This document shows, in pieces, positions 1-12,960 of a stretch of 64,000 nucleotides of DNA (positions are counted from its first letter, which is position 1; each line of letters starts with the position of its first letter). The DNA is from Rhynchobatus australiae. Lineage: Eukaryota. The translations under genes and the position numbers were made by a program. The DNA lies in assembly GCA_034780895.1 (NCBI GenBank), contig JAUZTB010000057.1:14655989-14719988 (forward strand). The letters are read 5' to 3'. The notes beneath the pieces are model-generated. The model had not been told where the DNA came from. It did not search any database and saw only the letters and a list, made by a program, of their open reading frames with translations.

Positions 1-255
1 CCAGGGACCTATACAGCTGCAGCAATACCTCCCGGCTTCTAAATTCAATTCCCCGACTGATGAAGGACAATACGCCATATGCCTTCTTAACCACAGAGTC
101 AACCTGCACAGCCACCTTGAGCGTCCTATGGATTCGGATCCCAAGATCCCTTTGATCCTCTACATTGCCCAGAGCCCTTCCATTAATACAATATTCTGCC
201 ATCATATTCGACCTACCAAAATGAACCACTTCACACTTATCTGGGTTGAACTGCA
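1..255 (-). mobile_element. CR1-clade LINE ORF2 fragment (C-terminal to RT)
   Basis: Minus strand translates as FNPDKCEVVHFGRSN...EDQRDLGIRIHRTLKVAVQVDSVVKKAYGVLSFISRGIEFRSREVLLQLYRSL, a typical CR1 ORF2 segment; runs off the window start. Confidence 0.9.
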
Positions 256-620
256 AAATGATAGATGATATTATTGAAATGTAAAAGATTTTGATGGGGA
301 TTAACAGGGTAGATGTTGGGCAGATGTTTCCCTCTGGGATATCTAGAACTGGGGAGAACTGATTTAAGACTGAGATGAGAAAGAACTTCTCTCAGCGGGT
401 CATAAAATTTTGGAATTCTCTACCCAATGGATCTGTGGGGTTGCTGTCACTGAATACACTCAAGGCAAAGACTAACAGACATTTGAACTGTAAAGGAGTT
501 AAGGGATATGGGGAGAGAGCAGAACAGGGATGTTAAGGACAGGCTGGATCCATCACGAATGGTGGAGTAGGCTCAGGGGCCCTGCTGGTCTGTCCCTCCT
601 CATGTTGCTTAAATTCTTGA
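256..620 (+). mobile_element. Decayed CR1 LINE 3' end
   Basis: CR1 3' features (gacagggtagatg-like motif, gagatgagaaagaacttc, tggaattctctaccc, 3'UTR gaatggtggagtaggctcaggggc); opposite orientation to the preceding fragment. Confidence 0.75.
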
Positions 621-1756
621 GCTTGCTGCTCACATTGGCAAAGTGGGGAAACATTACTTCTTGGTTACCCCACTTTTGGATTCACACTGAGAAGGAGCAT
701 TTGACTGTATTGCATGTTCCCCAAAAGTGAGGCATTCATGAAGGGCACTGATACCCCTACAGGCAACTCCATGATAGCTTTCTGCGTAAGTGCCCTTTTC
801 ACACGGAAGCTGTCTCCTGTGCACACCATCCTTTGCCTTCCTGGATGGACTCTGCCCCAAGACCCATCACTGTAGCATACTTTCATTCCTTGCCAAAAGT
901 CTGCAGTGGCTGAAAGAGCACTGGTGTCTCAACATCTACCCTGTTAATTCCCCTCTTTTAACTTTCAATAAGATCATCTCACAATGCATGACTTTTAAGG
1001 CACAACTTGTTGAGGTCAGTACTGGCAGGAAAGGTGATACCAGTGTGGGAAGTCTGACCACTGCTGTTTCTGAAACAGGGTGCCGTTACAAAGGGAGCCT
1101 GTTGGTAAAGTTGTGGAGCTAACACATTTCATGATTTTTGTTTTAGAGCTTTTTAAGCCTGGATTAGGAAGAGAGCTAACATTGTCTTAATGTCAGAGAG
1201 ATGGCACAGGCAAGCTGAGAGGCTGCAGAATTCCACTAAACACAGGTGAGGTCCAATTTCCAGAAGTTTATATATTTATTAGACTCATTTTAGATTTACA
1301 TAATCTGAATGAAATGATTAGTCCATAATTAGTTCATAATTTCACGATAAAGCTTTGTATTGTCATCTTATTGTGGTCTTATTAGATCGGTAAATTGTCT
1401 TGATATTGAGCCTCTATAATTTCCTCATAAAGTTTATGTATTTATCATCTTAAAATAATTGTTACTTGATGTCAAACCCATAGCTGCTTAAAAACAAGGG
1501 ATTAATGGTTTTGTTCATGCTTGTAAACCTAGGAAATGGATTGATTAATTCACATTTCTTATGTGCAAGTTATGGAAAAATTGATTTCATTCAGTAGTGA
1601 ACATTTCCAGGAGAAATTGCACCCAACATAACATTGGCCAGGCACTTCTGTGCATTATTCACATCTGCATCTTTAATGATTTCCCAGTGTCAGACATAGA
1701 GTGAATAACACACTTACAGTACAATTACCCTTTCTTCACTTAAGAAGGAAACTGAA

Positions 1757-2040
1757 AACATCATGGGCCAAAGGGCCTGTTCCTGTGCTGTACTTTTCTA
1801 TGTTCCATGTTCTATGAAGCTCAAAGGTGCAACTTACAAGTGACATCGAACAGTCTCAGTGGAACCGTGTATTTAAGGAGGAGGTAGATAGATTTCTAGA
1901 CACAAAGGCATTAAGGAACATGGGGAGAAAACACTAAATTGTATTGAGATAAAGGATCGGTCATGATCATATGGAATAGCAGAGTAAACTTAAGGACCAA
2001 ATAGCTAACTCCTGCTTCCATTTCTTACACTAATGTTTAT
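1757..2040 (+). mobile_element. Two short CR1 3' tails
   Basis: gggccaaagggcctgttcctgtgctgtac...ttctatgttccatgttctatg tail at ~1757-1815, and a second 3'UTR (gaggtagatagatttctagac...ctcctgcttcc) at ~1860-2040. Confidence 0.7.
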
Positions 2041-4779
2041 GTAACAAGATGCAGATCCCACTAATATGTTGCTTTTATTGTTATTTAAAGAGACACTCCT
2101 CTGACATTGGATGATCTGGTTGTGCATCTTCAAATTGTCTGTAGGTTGCTTGATGGCTTCCCAAGTATAGAGAGTGTGCTTAAACCAACAGCTTTGTTCC
2201 AGAAATCAGCTGCTGAGAATCTCACTGTGATAACAGTACTGACAATACAACATTATTGGAGGCATCATGATAGCTAGGACTGACCATTCAGAATGGGTGA
2301 GGGACCATAATCCTATAGTCTTCAGAGACTCCTACCAAGCCCTCGCTGATCAATAATGTATTTGCAAGTACAAGTTTTTCAACACTGCAATCACTGGAAG
2401 ATGTGGCATTCTATAGGAAGGTGTGAGGTGGGTCAAAAATGTGCGTCAAACATGCAACACATGGCCCAGGCATTTTTGTGCAAGATTCGTGCAGCCCGTG
2501 TACCTGATGCTGCCTGGAGGATAGAGGAACCATTGTCTGCCCTGAGCAGAAGTGCCTGGTCTAATTTTGTGAAGGTCTTGCTTTCATAAATACTAACATG
2601 GTTCAGTCAGGATAAACTGGATTGTAGGTTACACAGTGATGAAGAAACAACTTGTAGGCAAAAAAATACTGAAAAGAATGCTTCAACTGAATTGCATATT
2701 TCGGTCCAGGTCCAGCTGACTTCCTTGGATTTGGCTCTTCCCATTAAGCAGAAATCAATGAATTTCTACCTTATAACAGATAGTAACTCTCAACTACCTT
2801 GCATGTAATTTATGTTTAAAGGCACACCTCTTTGGACCCACTTTATTAAATTTGCACAATAATAATGATAAATATCTTTACACTGAAAATTCACAATTGT
2901 TTCTAAAGAATATCTGAATGCTAGAGCAAAGTATAAAGCATGATAAAAAAAACTTAAAAATTGGATCCACCTGCACACATTTTTCATGTACAAATTGTGC
3001 ATAAAGACAATTTAACATGGGTTGGATTGTGTAAGCATTCATTTCCGGGTGAATGAGCCCTCATCAGAAAATTGACCTAGGCACTTCTACAGGTGATTCA
3101 GGCTGCCACAGTTGATGTTCTCCCAGTGTCAGATGCACACCTAATTTTTTTTCTTCATTTATGGATAAATTGGAACCTTTGGCTTCAAACTACAATCTGA
3201 ATTGAGCACTCACGGAAAAACTAGGAGAATATTGTGCTGAAATTGGCACAAGAATACCAAGTCCCTCCTCTCCTGTGTATTCTCTTACCTACATGGTAAC
3301 CTTTTAAGTAGCTATTCTGTGGTTGCTACAGGGAGAGTTCCTTAAAGGTCTGACATGCCTTCAAGTGATGGTAGCACCAATACTGCAGCAGTTGCAAACT
3401 TCTCATGCAGCTCTTGATGGGAGCTGTACAGATTCCCACTTCAGCACATAATACTGCATGATTATCACAAGAGTTTTGCTTTCTAATGTATTTTTGCCCA
3501 ATTTCAATAATTTTTGTTGGGAATCCAATTGGGTATTACTGCTTTACATAGTGCATGTTTAGCACACCAAAAGGAGGATAAAATCCAATTTGCAGCCCAT
3601 AGACTTAAGGCTGGCAGGAAAAAAAATCACTGTAGGATTGTATCCAGTCTGTCAGAAGCATTTCATTGACTGCCTATGACATGGGAAATTTTCCTTAACG
3701 TAAAGTCAAATATGAAGGAATTTCTCCCTCCAATTTGTTCACTGTTGAATTTTAATCACTAACAATCAAATCATTTTAAAAAAATTGCTGTTGTGCTTTG
3801 AAAAGAATGCTATTTTTAGATCAGTAACTGTGTACAAATTCAAAAACTGAGCTGTTGATGATGTGCAAATATTAATCTTCCCCTCTGGAACCTGCATACA
3901 TATCAATTATGAAAAAATAATAAAGGCAATGTTCACAAAGATGACCATCTCCGTAATCTCATATCTTATCTCCTTTTACAGAAATCTTGCAAAGAGCTTC
4001 CAATTCAAAGATTCACCTTGGTCTGTTGCAACGTGCATTATATAGGCAGTGATAATTTTATTTCTTGTTGGCTCTCATGTAACATGCAAAACAACTAGGT
4101 AGAGTCCAAAATTCCTTCCTTTTACAAGTATCTTAACCTGGTTGAGCCTGAAGAGAATTCAGCAAGGTAAAACATCTGGAAATGGATGACAGAAACAATT
4201 ACACTGAAATCTTTGCAGTCGACACTGAGTCCTGTTGAAGGGTAAACACCTCTTGGAAAAAAGTTGGCAATACTGATTCCAGATCTGTTGTCTGGATTCC
4301 ACCTGTTTAAATGGGCAGGCTGATACTGCTGTGAAAGATGTTTTGGCTTTTTGAGTAAGAAGGATTTTGCTGCTTCAACACTTTTGTGGCATGTGGTTAA
4401 TCCTTTGCAGTTGAAGAATGGAACAGCATTTTGCCACTCCAATTATTTTGGTTAATTGTGAGGAAGTCTAGTTAATGAAAGCAACAACAAGCCACATTGG
4501 CAGTTATCAAGGGGTTTGACTGGATCTCTTCTGGGCAACTACAAATCTTTCCAAACCCAAATAGGAATTCTATCACTCCCCTTTCTGATCGTGGAACAGT
4601 TTTGTGCAACTGATAATAAAAGAGAAGCTTAACAGTTTAGCCAATACTTATTCAGCTAACACTTATTTCCACACCATTCTTCTTCATGTCATGATTGCTT
4701 GCCTTTTTCACCCACTTACTGAAACATATACATTAAATTAAGGTGCAAAAGAGGGGACATCACTCTGATGTGAATGTCC

Positions 4780-5805
4780 CACCTGGCTCCTAACAGTGAG
4801 AAGAACAAATATGGAGGCAAATTTCTGAGATGTGTAAAGATAGTAAGACAGAGATAATTGGGGATTTCAAATATCCTTCACATTAAGAGGGATCACATCA
4901 GAGAAAAGGATGTAGAAGGATCAGAGTTCTTGAAGTACATTGAAGAGATCCTTTTAAAGCCCGATAAGAGATGATTGAGATGGTTGGAGGATACTTGACT
5001 TAATTTCAGGGAACAAACATGGACAAAAGGGTAACATGGTACTTAGAGAGCAGCTAGATTCTCCATGGTTGTGGGAAAGTACCAAGATATGAGGTAAGGC
5101 TAGTTTTGCCAGTCTGAGATATGATTTAGCAGAAGTGAACTGGATACACTACTTGAAGGTAAATCAGTGTCAGTGAAGGGGTAGGCATTCAAGGATAGCT
5201 AATGTTCAGAACAAACAGGCTTCCAGTGTAAGGAGGAAGATCCTAGTTCTAGTTCTTCGTAGTTGCTGAGGAACATAAAGAGCAGGATAAAACAAAAGGG
5301 AAGATTATGACAGATAGTGAAAGTTTAATGCTGCAAAGGTCTGAAGGATCACAGAGGTACACTGGTTAAAAAATAGGAATTAGTAAGGTGGAGGCAGTAT
5401 GAAAAGACACTGGATGGTAAAAATCAAGAAAACCCTGAATATGTTCTATAAATATATGTATGGAAAGAGAATTAAAAAGGAACAAGCGAGGCCCATAAGA
5501 GACTGAATTGATAATCTGAATATGGATGTGGAAAGCATGTGTGAAGTTCTGAATGAATACTTTGCATCTGTCTACACATGAGGTACCTCAGGCCTGGATA
5601 AAATATGTTTAGGCACTTAAAAGAAAAAGGAGAAAATATCACAAACTCTGACCAACATTTTTCTGGCCACAGGTGTGATGGGGAAGGTCTGGAAGGTTGC
5701 TAATGTGATTCCATTGTTTAAAAAAAAACAGTGAACTAATAGACTGAGTCTGATGTATGGTATAAATTAACATTTAGGGAAGCACAGGTTAATCAAGGAC
5801 AGTTA
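4780..5805 (+). mobile_element. Decayed CR1 ORF2 (endonuclease to early RT region)
   Basis: Broken frames give EEQIWRQISEMCKD..IIGDFKYP, CEVLNEYFASV and WKVANVIPLFKK; many stops and frameshifts. Confidence 0.8.
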
Positions 5806-6231
5806 TCTTGTTGTGTCTGTGCAATTTAATGTCATGACTGTAGGTTTTTTAGAGATGCTACTTTCGAAGGAAAATAATACAGGCAGGACTATTAACAAAT
5901 AATCCTCCTAAAAATGCAGTCAACTTTCTACTCAGTGTAATGGTTGGTATATCAAAAGTCATCCCATATGATAGACTTAATTCTTAAAGACATGCTTGTA
6001 TATAGAACACTTCTCTTTAATAAACCTACAAGCTATTAGCAATCTACAAATATAAAATTATACAAATAACAGATTATTTGCAAATATAGTCATACACAGT
6101 TATAAATGTAACAAATGTAACATTCCTTAAATATCCCTATTGGTCCCAAAATGCTAAATCATTGTCCAAATGATGCCTTGGACTTGGACTGTTCTTTGCT
6201 CTGAGACCTTTCACCTTGATTTAATTCTCTG

Positions 6232-6440
6232 TCAAAAAACAAATAAAACTGCAGATGCTGAAATCTGAACNNNNNNNNNNCAGAAATGCTAAACAAACTC
6301 AGGCAGTTAACCAGCTTCCATTGAAAGAGAAACTAGTCAACATTTTGGGTCCTGAGGAGTATCTGAAACGTTGACTGGTTCTTTTGCCACAGATTTGGCT
6401 TAACTGTCCGAGTTCTTCCAGAATTTCAGTTTATGTTCTT
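6232..6440. mobile_element. Fold-back remnant of Penelope-like element termini
   Basis: ctgcagatgctgaaatctgaa...cagaaatgct arm followed by its inverted counterpart ctgaaacgttgactgg...gagttcttccagaatttc; same family recurs at ~10.0, 10.2, 12.2, 29.7, 48.6, 49.2 and 61.8 kb. Confidence 0.6.
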
Positions 6441-9400
6441 AATTCTCTGACCAGCTTGTGTCTTTGTAGGTCTATGTCCCAACCTCATGGTGGTCCCCAC
6501 AGGCTCATCTGTTATCAACACTTTCAGCTCTTGTACCTCACTACCAATGCAGTGCAATGTCTACTTCACCTGCTAATTCACACATTTTTCAAGCCCTTAA
6601 AGGCAGATACGCCAGTGGTCAGCACTGCAAATCCATGAAGAATGCTCTTAGTATTTTCATTATGGAAGGTATATTTTCTTTTGACATTGGCCACTTGCAT
6701 TATAAACCCAGTTCGGGAGATATCTCCTTCCCATCCACTGCTGTGTGGGTTCACTTTCTTTAGCACACAAGCTTCACATGCCTTCAGTTGGCTTCACTGC
6801 TGCTTAGCTTACCTTTTAGCTCAAGCTTCACAATCCTCTTCAGGTGGGCGGGCTTCAAATTCCATCTTTGCCACATTGCCAGCCATAATTTGATCAATGC
6901 ATCGGCTCTCATTGAGGGAACTGCCTATATTCACTGCAGTTTCATTCTGAGATTAATGTTCCCTCACTTTCCCAGATAGTTCTGTGGTAACTATTACGCT
7001 ATCATTTTCCATGACTATTTGGTTGGAGCTGTGGCCAGTGACAGTGGTCAGTTAGTCATGGCCCTCCACTGTGAAGCATTTGTGATTCCTGGATATCATA
7101 GCCCATAGGTATAATTCTTTAATCTGAGTGACTGGTGTACACTCCTGGCCCATTATTTTAATATCCAACACAACATTTTATCTCCTCGTAACTCAGAAGA
7201 TCTCACTTACGTAAATGCCGAACACTATTTTGCTGTTTCAATGGAAGGTGGTTGTGGTGTTTCTGATACATTTCCTGGCCTAAACCAAACTGACTTTCTG
7301 CAGATGTTTTATTGCATTTTTTTATCAATAAAGATTTTATGCTACAATTCAGTCCAACAGTACTCAAAGCAGGAGCTATATGATTGAATTTTCAGGCCCA
7401 CAGGAACTTTTCTTTTAATACGGAATTTTTGACGGCATTCTGACAATAGATACAATAAAGTTTGGTGCAGATGAATGAGTAATGAGCTAATATTTCTGGT
7501 AAAGTTTCACAATCTGAGACGAGAATTCAAAAGGTAGCATTTTCAACTTCAAATGTCAATCTTACCTACTGCAAAGACTAACCTCCTCTACTGCCAAATT
7601 CATACTGCACATCAGGTGGGATTGAACCTTTCAATTTATATGCTCTAACTCATCTTCACCCATCCAGCACTGCTTCAAGTCTTGCATCCGCAACTTACGG
7701 CAGACACACAATGGAAACTATTCAATCATTATAGCACTTCACTCAAACATATTCTGTATCACTGACTGTCTAATGTCCCTCATTCTTGCTGGAGTAGCCC
7801 AGAAGAAGGCAGATATGTGAAAGCTAAGAGCCATGTTCTCTTCAACTATTAAAGGCAATGCTGTTCTAGATCTGCCCTAAAGTTGCAGATGCAGCTGCAA
7901 CATTTGGTAGATTTCATCTGAACCATTTTGTGAAGCAGTGATATCCCATACATTTCTCACAATTGAAATAAAGAAATTGTTCCATTAAGCCTCTCACCAG
8001 CTCGTCTGCTATATCCGTTTTCCTGCCCCTCCTCCTGTGTGATCTTTCTTTGCTCTCTCAATCACTTTTAATTCCCAGAGCAAACATTACCAGAGCACCC
8101 ATGTCCTGAAAGAATTTGTGTCAGGACAAGAATTAAAATGACCAAAACATTGTACATGGACTCCAGCCCTGTAGATTATTCAAATTTTTGCAAACTATGG
8201 AACAGCTTCAGAAACAGGTAGAAGAGGAAATGACATTGACTGAGACCACCATTATGTTGTTTCATGTTTGTTAGGCTGCACAATGTTAAGATAGTAGGTT
8301 GGCAGTTTGAAACTAGCACTGCTAGCATCAAATCAATATTGAATATTGAGCTTACATCATCATCTGTTGATCATGTAAAGATCTGGTGTCACTAGGTGCA
8401 CTGATGAAAGCCCCTTTTATCAAGATAGAATCCTGCACACTTCCCAGGACATAACATATGGATTCCATGTGGCTCAGTTTATTCCCAATGTTTCTTAATA
8501 TGCCTTTATTTACTTCTCATTTATACCCATTTACATTTCATGGCTTTCAGTTCTCAATTTTATTCATTTTGATATTCAAAACCACAGAACCAACACGTGA
8601 TATTTCAATATTCTCCTTTTGCACAAAGATTAATATCTGTGTTTATGATGTTTTCTAACACCTTTCCAGAGAGCCCCTCCAGACTCTTAAAGGTATCTGG
8701 CAGCTAGTATAAAATTCATAGCTCCAATTATTGATCAAAGGTGATTCATTTCTGACTAACATTTGTATTAAATTGGAAATATTCTCCAACTTCCATTACA
8801 GCTTCAAGTTACTCCTGCTGACCCTTCCTGTTATGCTGATGGAGTGCTATTATGGAATAACAATACTATTGGTTACAATTTTAACTGAAGAGGTTGCAGG
8901 GATAGGAACAAGTACCTCTAATGCAGCAGAAGTACTCTTGATGCTGCCCTGGACCAAAGTTTCCATCAGAAATTTCTGAAATCTCCAATTGAAACCCAAC
9001 CAGTACCATTAGTCATTCCTGTCAGTTAAAATATCACAGCTTCCATTAACACATGAAAAACAAGGCTGGATGAAGAGACAGCTTTTTCAACAATGTAAAA
9101 TGCATCAACCTTACTGTCTAAGGGGACTTCAACACACTTGTGGGTGTAAGGTGATAGTTTTATTTAAGTACAACTAAGTCATACGTGAAAAGTAATAAAC
9201 AGCTTCAAATTCTAAAAATCAATAACATGTCAACAGATTGTTTAATGCATTTCAAACACAAAAATCTTTAAGGGCATGTCAAAAATGGTCCATTAGTCTC
9301 AGAGTACAGAAAACATGAATACATGACTGCTTCTACAAGTCATGTCAAATCATCAATGAGTACTTCCCTAATTATTTGTGTGTAATATGTGAATGTGCTC

Positions 9401-10007
9401 AATATGCTCACAGTCCCTGAAAATTTGCATTATTTTAAAATATGCACTAGGGTCATTTTTGATAGCTTTTGAACTACCTTTAAATGCAGTAATGAAACTG
9501 TTACCTGTGAAGGAAAAGAACCAATGATGCATAGTTGGGCATCTTAGAAAGGTAGATGACAAGTTTGAGTTTTGGAAGGGGGAGGCAGGGTTTCAATATT
9601 TTTGGCGGTGAGGACAGTCCTGGTTCTGCTCTCCTTCTGGTACAACAGAAGCAAATAGTTATAAGGAGAGATAAGCGCGTCACCCATTGGCAAATTCGTC
9701 TGCCTCCACTCTCAGTGTCTGTGACCCTTCACTTAATAATCTGGATAGACTTTATGGCATCTATACCATTGAACTCTCTTCACCAAAATAATCAGTCATC
9801 CCATTAAAAGAGGCATCATTGCTGCTGAGAGCATGCTTGCCATCAGCCTCAGTAATCATGAGACAGGCATATGTGGATTTCATGGCCTATTTTCTGGGGA
9901 GGTTCATATAAGTGTCCGTAAGGTGGAAATCACTTCAAGAGTGATGAGGTACTTTCTGTGTGTGCTTTAGAATAAATCACCACAAAGAGGCTGTTGATTC
10001 ATTCACA

Positions 10008-10345
10008 CAAGCCAAAAAGCACTGGAGACACTTAGTAGGTCAGGAGGCATCTATGGAAAGTGGAACAGGGTTAATACTTGAGGTCTGAGAACCCCCCCCC
10101 CGTCATGTGCTGCTTGATCTGCTGAGGGTTTCTAGAACTTTCTGTTTCATTTTAGATTTCCACCAAATGCAGATTTTTTTGTTAGATTATCCTTCCAATA
10201 AGTCTCCATGCATTAAAAACTGGCACCTCACCTAAAGTGCAAAAAACAAGCTGCTGAAGGAGCTCAGCAGGTCAGGCAGCATCTGTGGAGGGGAATAGAT
10301 AGTCGACATTTTGAGTCAAGATCTTTCATCTTGACTCAAAATGTC
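10008..10345. mobile_element. Two Penelope-like terminal remnants (fold-back at ~10008-10185, second copy at ~10238-10345)
   Basis: ctcagcaggtcaggcagcatctgtggag motif and its reverse complement; the second copy ends in a perfect 18-bp hairpin. Confidence 0.6.
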
Positions 10346-10719
10346 TTGCATCTCCACCTCATCCAAAGATTTATCCTGGTGTAAAGGGACCTTTCTCTTA
10401 AAAATTGAGTCTTGGGACCAAGAGCTTTCTTTTCTTATTTGGCAATGGAAATAGGAAGACATATTTTGCCAGATACTTCCCTATACCCTCTCTGCTCTTC
10501 TAATCTTGTGTTCCAATGTGCTGTTCTCACATTGATTATCTAAACCTCCCAGGTTGGGAGGATCTTTCTGGCCATAGTAAGATGGACAGATGGGTCTCAG
10601 ACAAATGCATTGTGAACATAGTTGAGAAAACTCTTCCGTTACTTCTCACCAGGTACAGGTAAAACTAAAAAGAGGAATTGTGTTAGCATCAAATTGTCTT
10701 TAACATTTTTTGATTTCAT

Positions 10720-11415
10720 TTATCCACTTTTGTGATATGGGTGTCATTGGAAAGACTAATATTTAATGCCCATCCCCAAATGCCCTTGGAAAGTTCGTGG
10801 GTGAGATGTCTTCTTGAACCGCTGCAGTCCTTCTTGTGAAAGTACTCCCACAGTACATTTGTGTGGGGCATTCAGGATATAGGCTCAGCAATGAAGGAGT
10901 AGCAATACTTCTGCGAAAAGATAGTATGCAGTTNNNNNNNNNNNNNNNNNNNNNNNNNNNNNNNNNNNNNNNNNNNNNNNNNNNNNNNNNNNNNNNNNNN
11001 NNNNNNNNNNNNNNNNNNNNNNNNNNNNNNNNNTACATCTGCGAAAAGATAGTATGCAGTTTCGAGGGAATACAGCAGGTGGTTGAGTCCATGTGCCTAA
11101 ATCACTTGCTTATCGTGGTGGTAGAGGTCATGAGTTTGGAAGGTGCTGTTGCAAATAACTGTAATGTACTTTTGTAGACAGCACACATGGTACACTGCCC
11201 TTGAAGGGATTGAATATCAAAGGTGGTGGATGGGCTGCCAATCAAGTAGCTGTTTTGCCTTGATTCATGTCAAGATTCTTGGAGCTGCATTCATCTAAGC
11301 AAGCAGAGACCCTTCCATCACACTTCTGACTTGTGTCTTGTAAATGATAGAAAGGTTTTAGGTTGTCAGGCAGTGAGTTACTCACTGCTGGATGCCCAGC
11401 TTCTGACCTGCTCAG
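10720..11415 (-). mobile_element. Non-LTR retrotransposon 3' fragment (CR1/L2 group), spanning an assembly gap
   Basis: atttaatgcccatccccaaatgcccttgg...ttcttgaaccgctgcagtcc tail and ggagctgcattcatctaagcaagcagaga / tgagttactcactgc motifs of a common elasmobranch LINE, recognised from memory. Confidence 0.6.
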
Positions 11416-12189
11416 CTTCTGACCTATTGTTACTTAAAAAAAAGACAGGATCCCTCCTTGTAGCAGCTAAACTGTCATAATGCTTCTGAAAACATATTGG
11501 CTGCACAGCTAAATTCTGGAAGGTGCCATTTCATGTATTAAGCCAACAAAGACCTTTAATCCCTTTCCTCATTGGATATATCTCCCACTCCTAGACACAA
11601 GGCCTGCAAATGCTGTCACATATCATGTCAGTAACTTGAACCTAAAAAATACAAGGCACAAGGCAACTTACATGCTTAAATATTTTTGAAATCAATTTGA
11701 TTTTTGTTTAGGCTTATACACAAAAAAAACACTATCCACTGGTTCATTATGTTAGAACTACAGTGGCTTAGAATGATTGGTGTCTTTGTTTCAATAAAGA
11801 AGCAACATTCAACTTTTAACCTTGCCATTAATAAAAGTTTAGCTCAGTTGCTTCCCTCTGTACAAGGGGTGGTTAAGGTACACTTAAGGTGGTTTAGATT
11901 TGGATTGAGGTCAGCATAGTTACATAATTGGAAAAGGTAGGCTGTATAGGACAAGGGGGAGGGACGTTGAAGGAAAATGAATTTCATAAAAAAGAAAAAA
12001 AAACAACTGTATACTGCCAACAAGTGTCAGCTAAATAATGAAAGTGCTAAATATGCTATGTTGCAGAGTATGCATGTCGAACTCCTTTCTAAATTTAGAA
12101 ACTAATTTTGGAAGTGGAGTACAAACCAAGTGGGCACCCCTACTCCTTCTCTGCAATTTAATCCACTTTTGATTTCTGCCCTTCCCTCC

Positions 12190-12305
12190 AGCTCTGAGGA
12201 AAGTTCATCGATCTGAAATATTAACTCTGTTTATTTTTCCACAAGCTTTTCTGACCAGCAAAGTACCTGCAGTATTTTCTGCTTTTATTTTGTATTTTCA
12301 TCAGC
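12190..12305 (+). mobile_element. Penelope-like terminal remnant
   Basis: ctgaggaaagttcatcgatctgaaatattaactctgttt...cagtattttctgcttttattt, homologous to 61761-61890. Confidence 0.5.
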
Positions 12306-12479
12306 TTTTTTTTCCTTTTTTGACAGACTTGTCCTTGCTCCATTTACCTTAGATCTGCTTGTACATTTGTTGAAACTGTCTTGATTCATTTCATTGGATT
12401 GAATGAGAATTTGATGTCTTTCCATTTGCCATCCTTGATTTCCTTGCCTGTGTCTAAATCCTAAAGTTTCAGTTTAATT

Positions 12480-12960
12480 CTTTGGTGCTTGTCACATTCT
12501 AGGAAGGCTGTGATGCTAGATACAGAGATGATTCATGAAGATGTTGCCAGAAGTGAAGGCTGATGGTTCTGGGGAGAGACAATCTTGTGCTGGGTTGAGG
12601 TTCTTTTATTTGGAACAATGACTGCTGAGGGCAGGTGTACAAAATTGTGAGAAGATTTGATAGGGTGAACAGGTGTGACCTATTTCCCTAAGCAGAGATG
12701 ACAATTATTGCATAGGTTTGTTTTAATTGTGAGAGGATTAGAAAAGATTTGAGGAAAGCTATCTTCACTCTATGAGTGTTGGGAATCTGATACTCATTAG
12801 AAAGTGGGAGAAACAGAAAACTTATTTGCAAGGTACTGTACTTGGAAGAACAAATGAAGTGATGTAACAAATGCTGCTATGGGCCAAGATTTGGGAAAGG
12901 GGATTAACCTAAAGTCCATTTTAGCCTTCTGAAGATGATGGACAAATGGTCTCATTCATA
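12480..12960 (+). mobile_element. Highly decayed CR1 3' fragment
   Basis: tacagagatgattcatgaagatgttgccag (VQRRFTRMLP-like), gatagggtgaacagg and ctatttccc motifs. Confidence 0.65.

Noticed and set aside
665-886. Possible Harbinger N-terminal remnant (FRVKRALTQKAIMEL)
   Set aside because: Resemblance too weak to support without an alignment
4380-4700. Possible very old LINE ORF2 linker fragment
   Set aside because: Only a vague motif resemblance; family and boundaries cannot be supported
12086-12101. 16-bp palindrome tttctaaatttagaaa containing a MEF2-like site
   Set aside because: AT-rich, isolated, and plausible by chance
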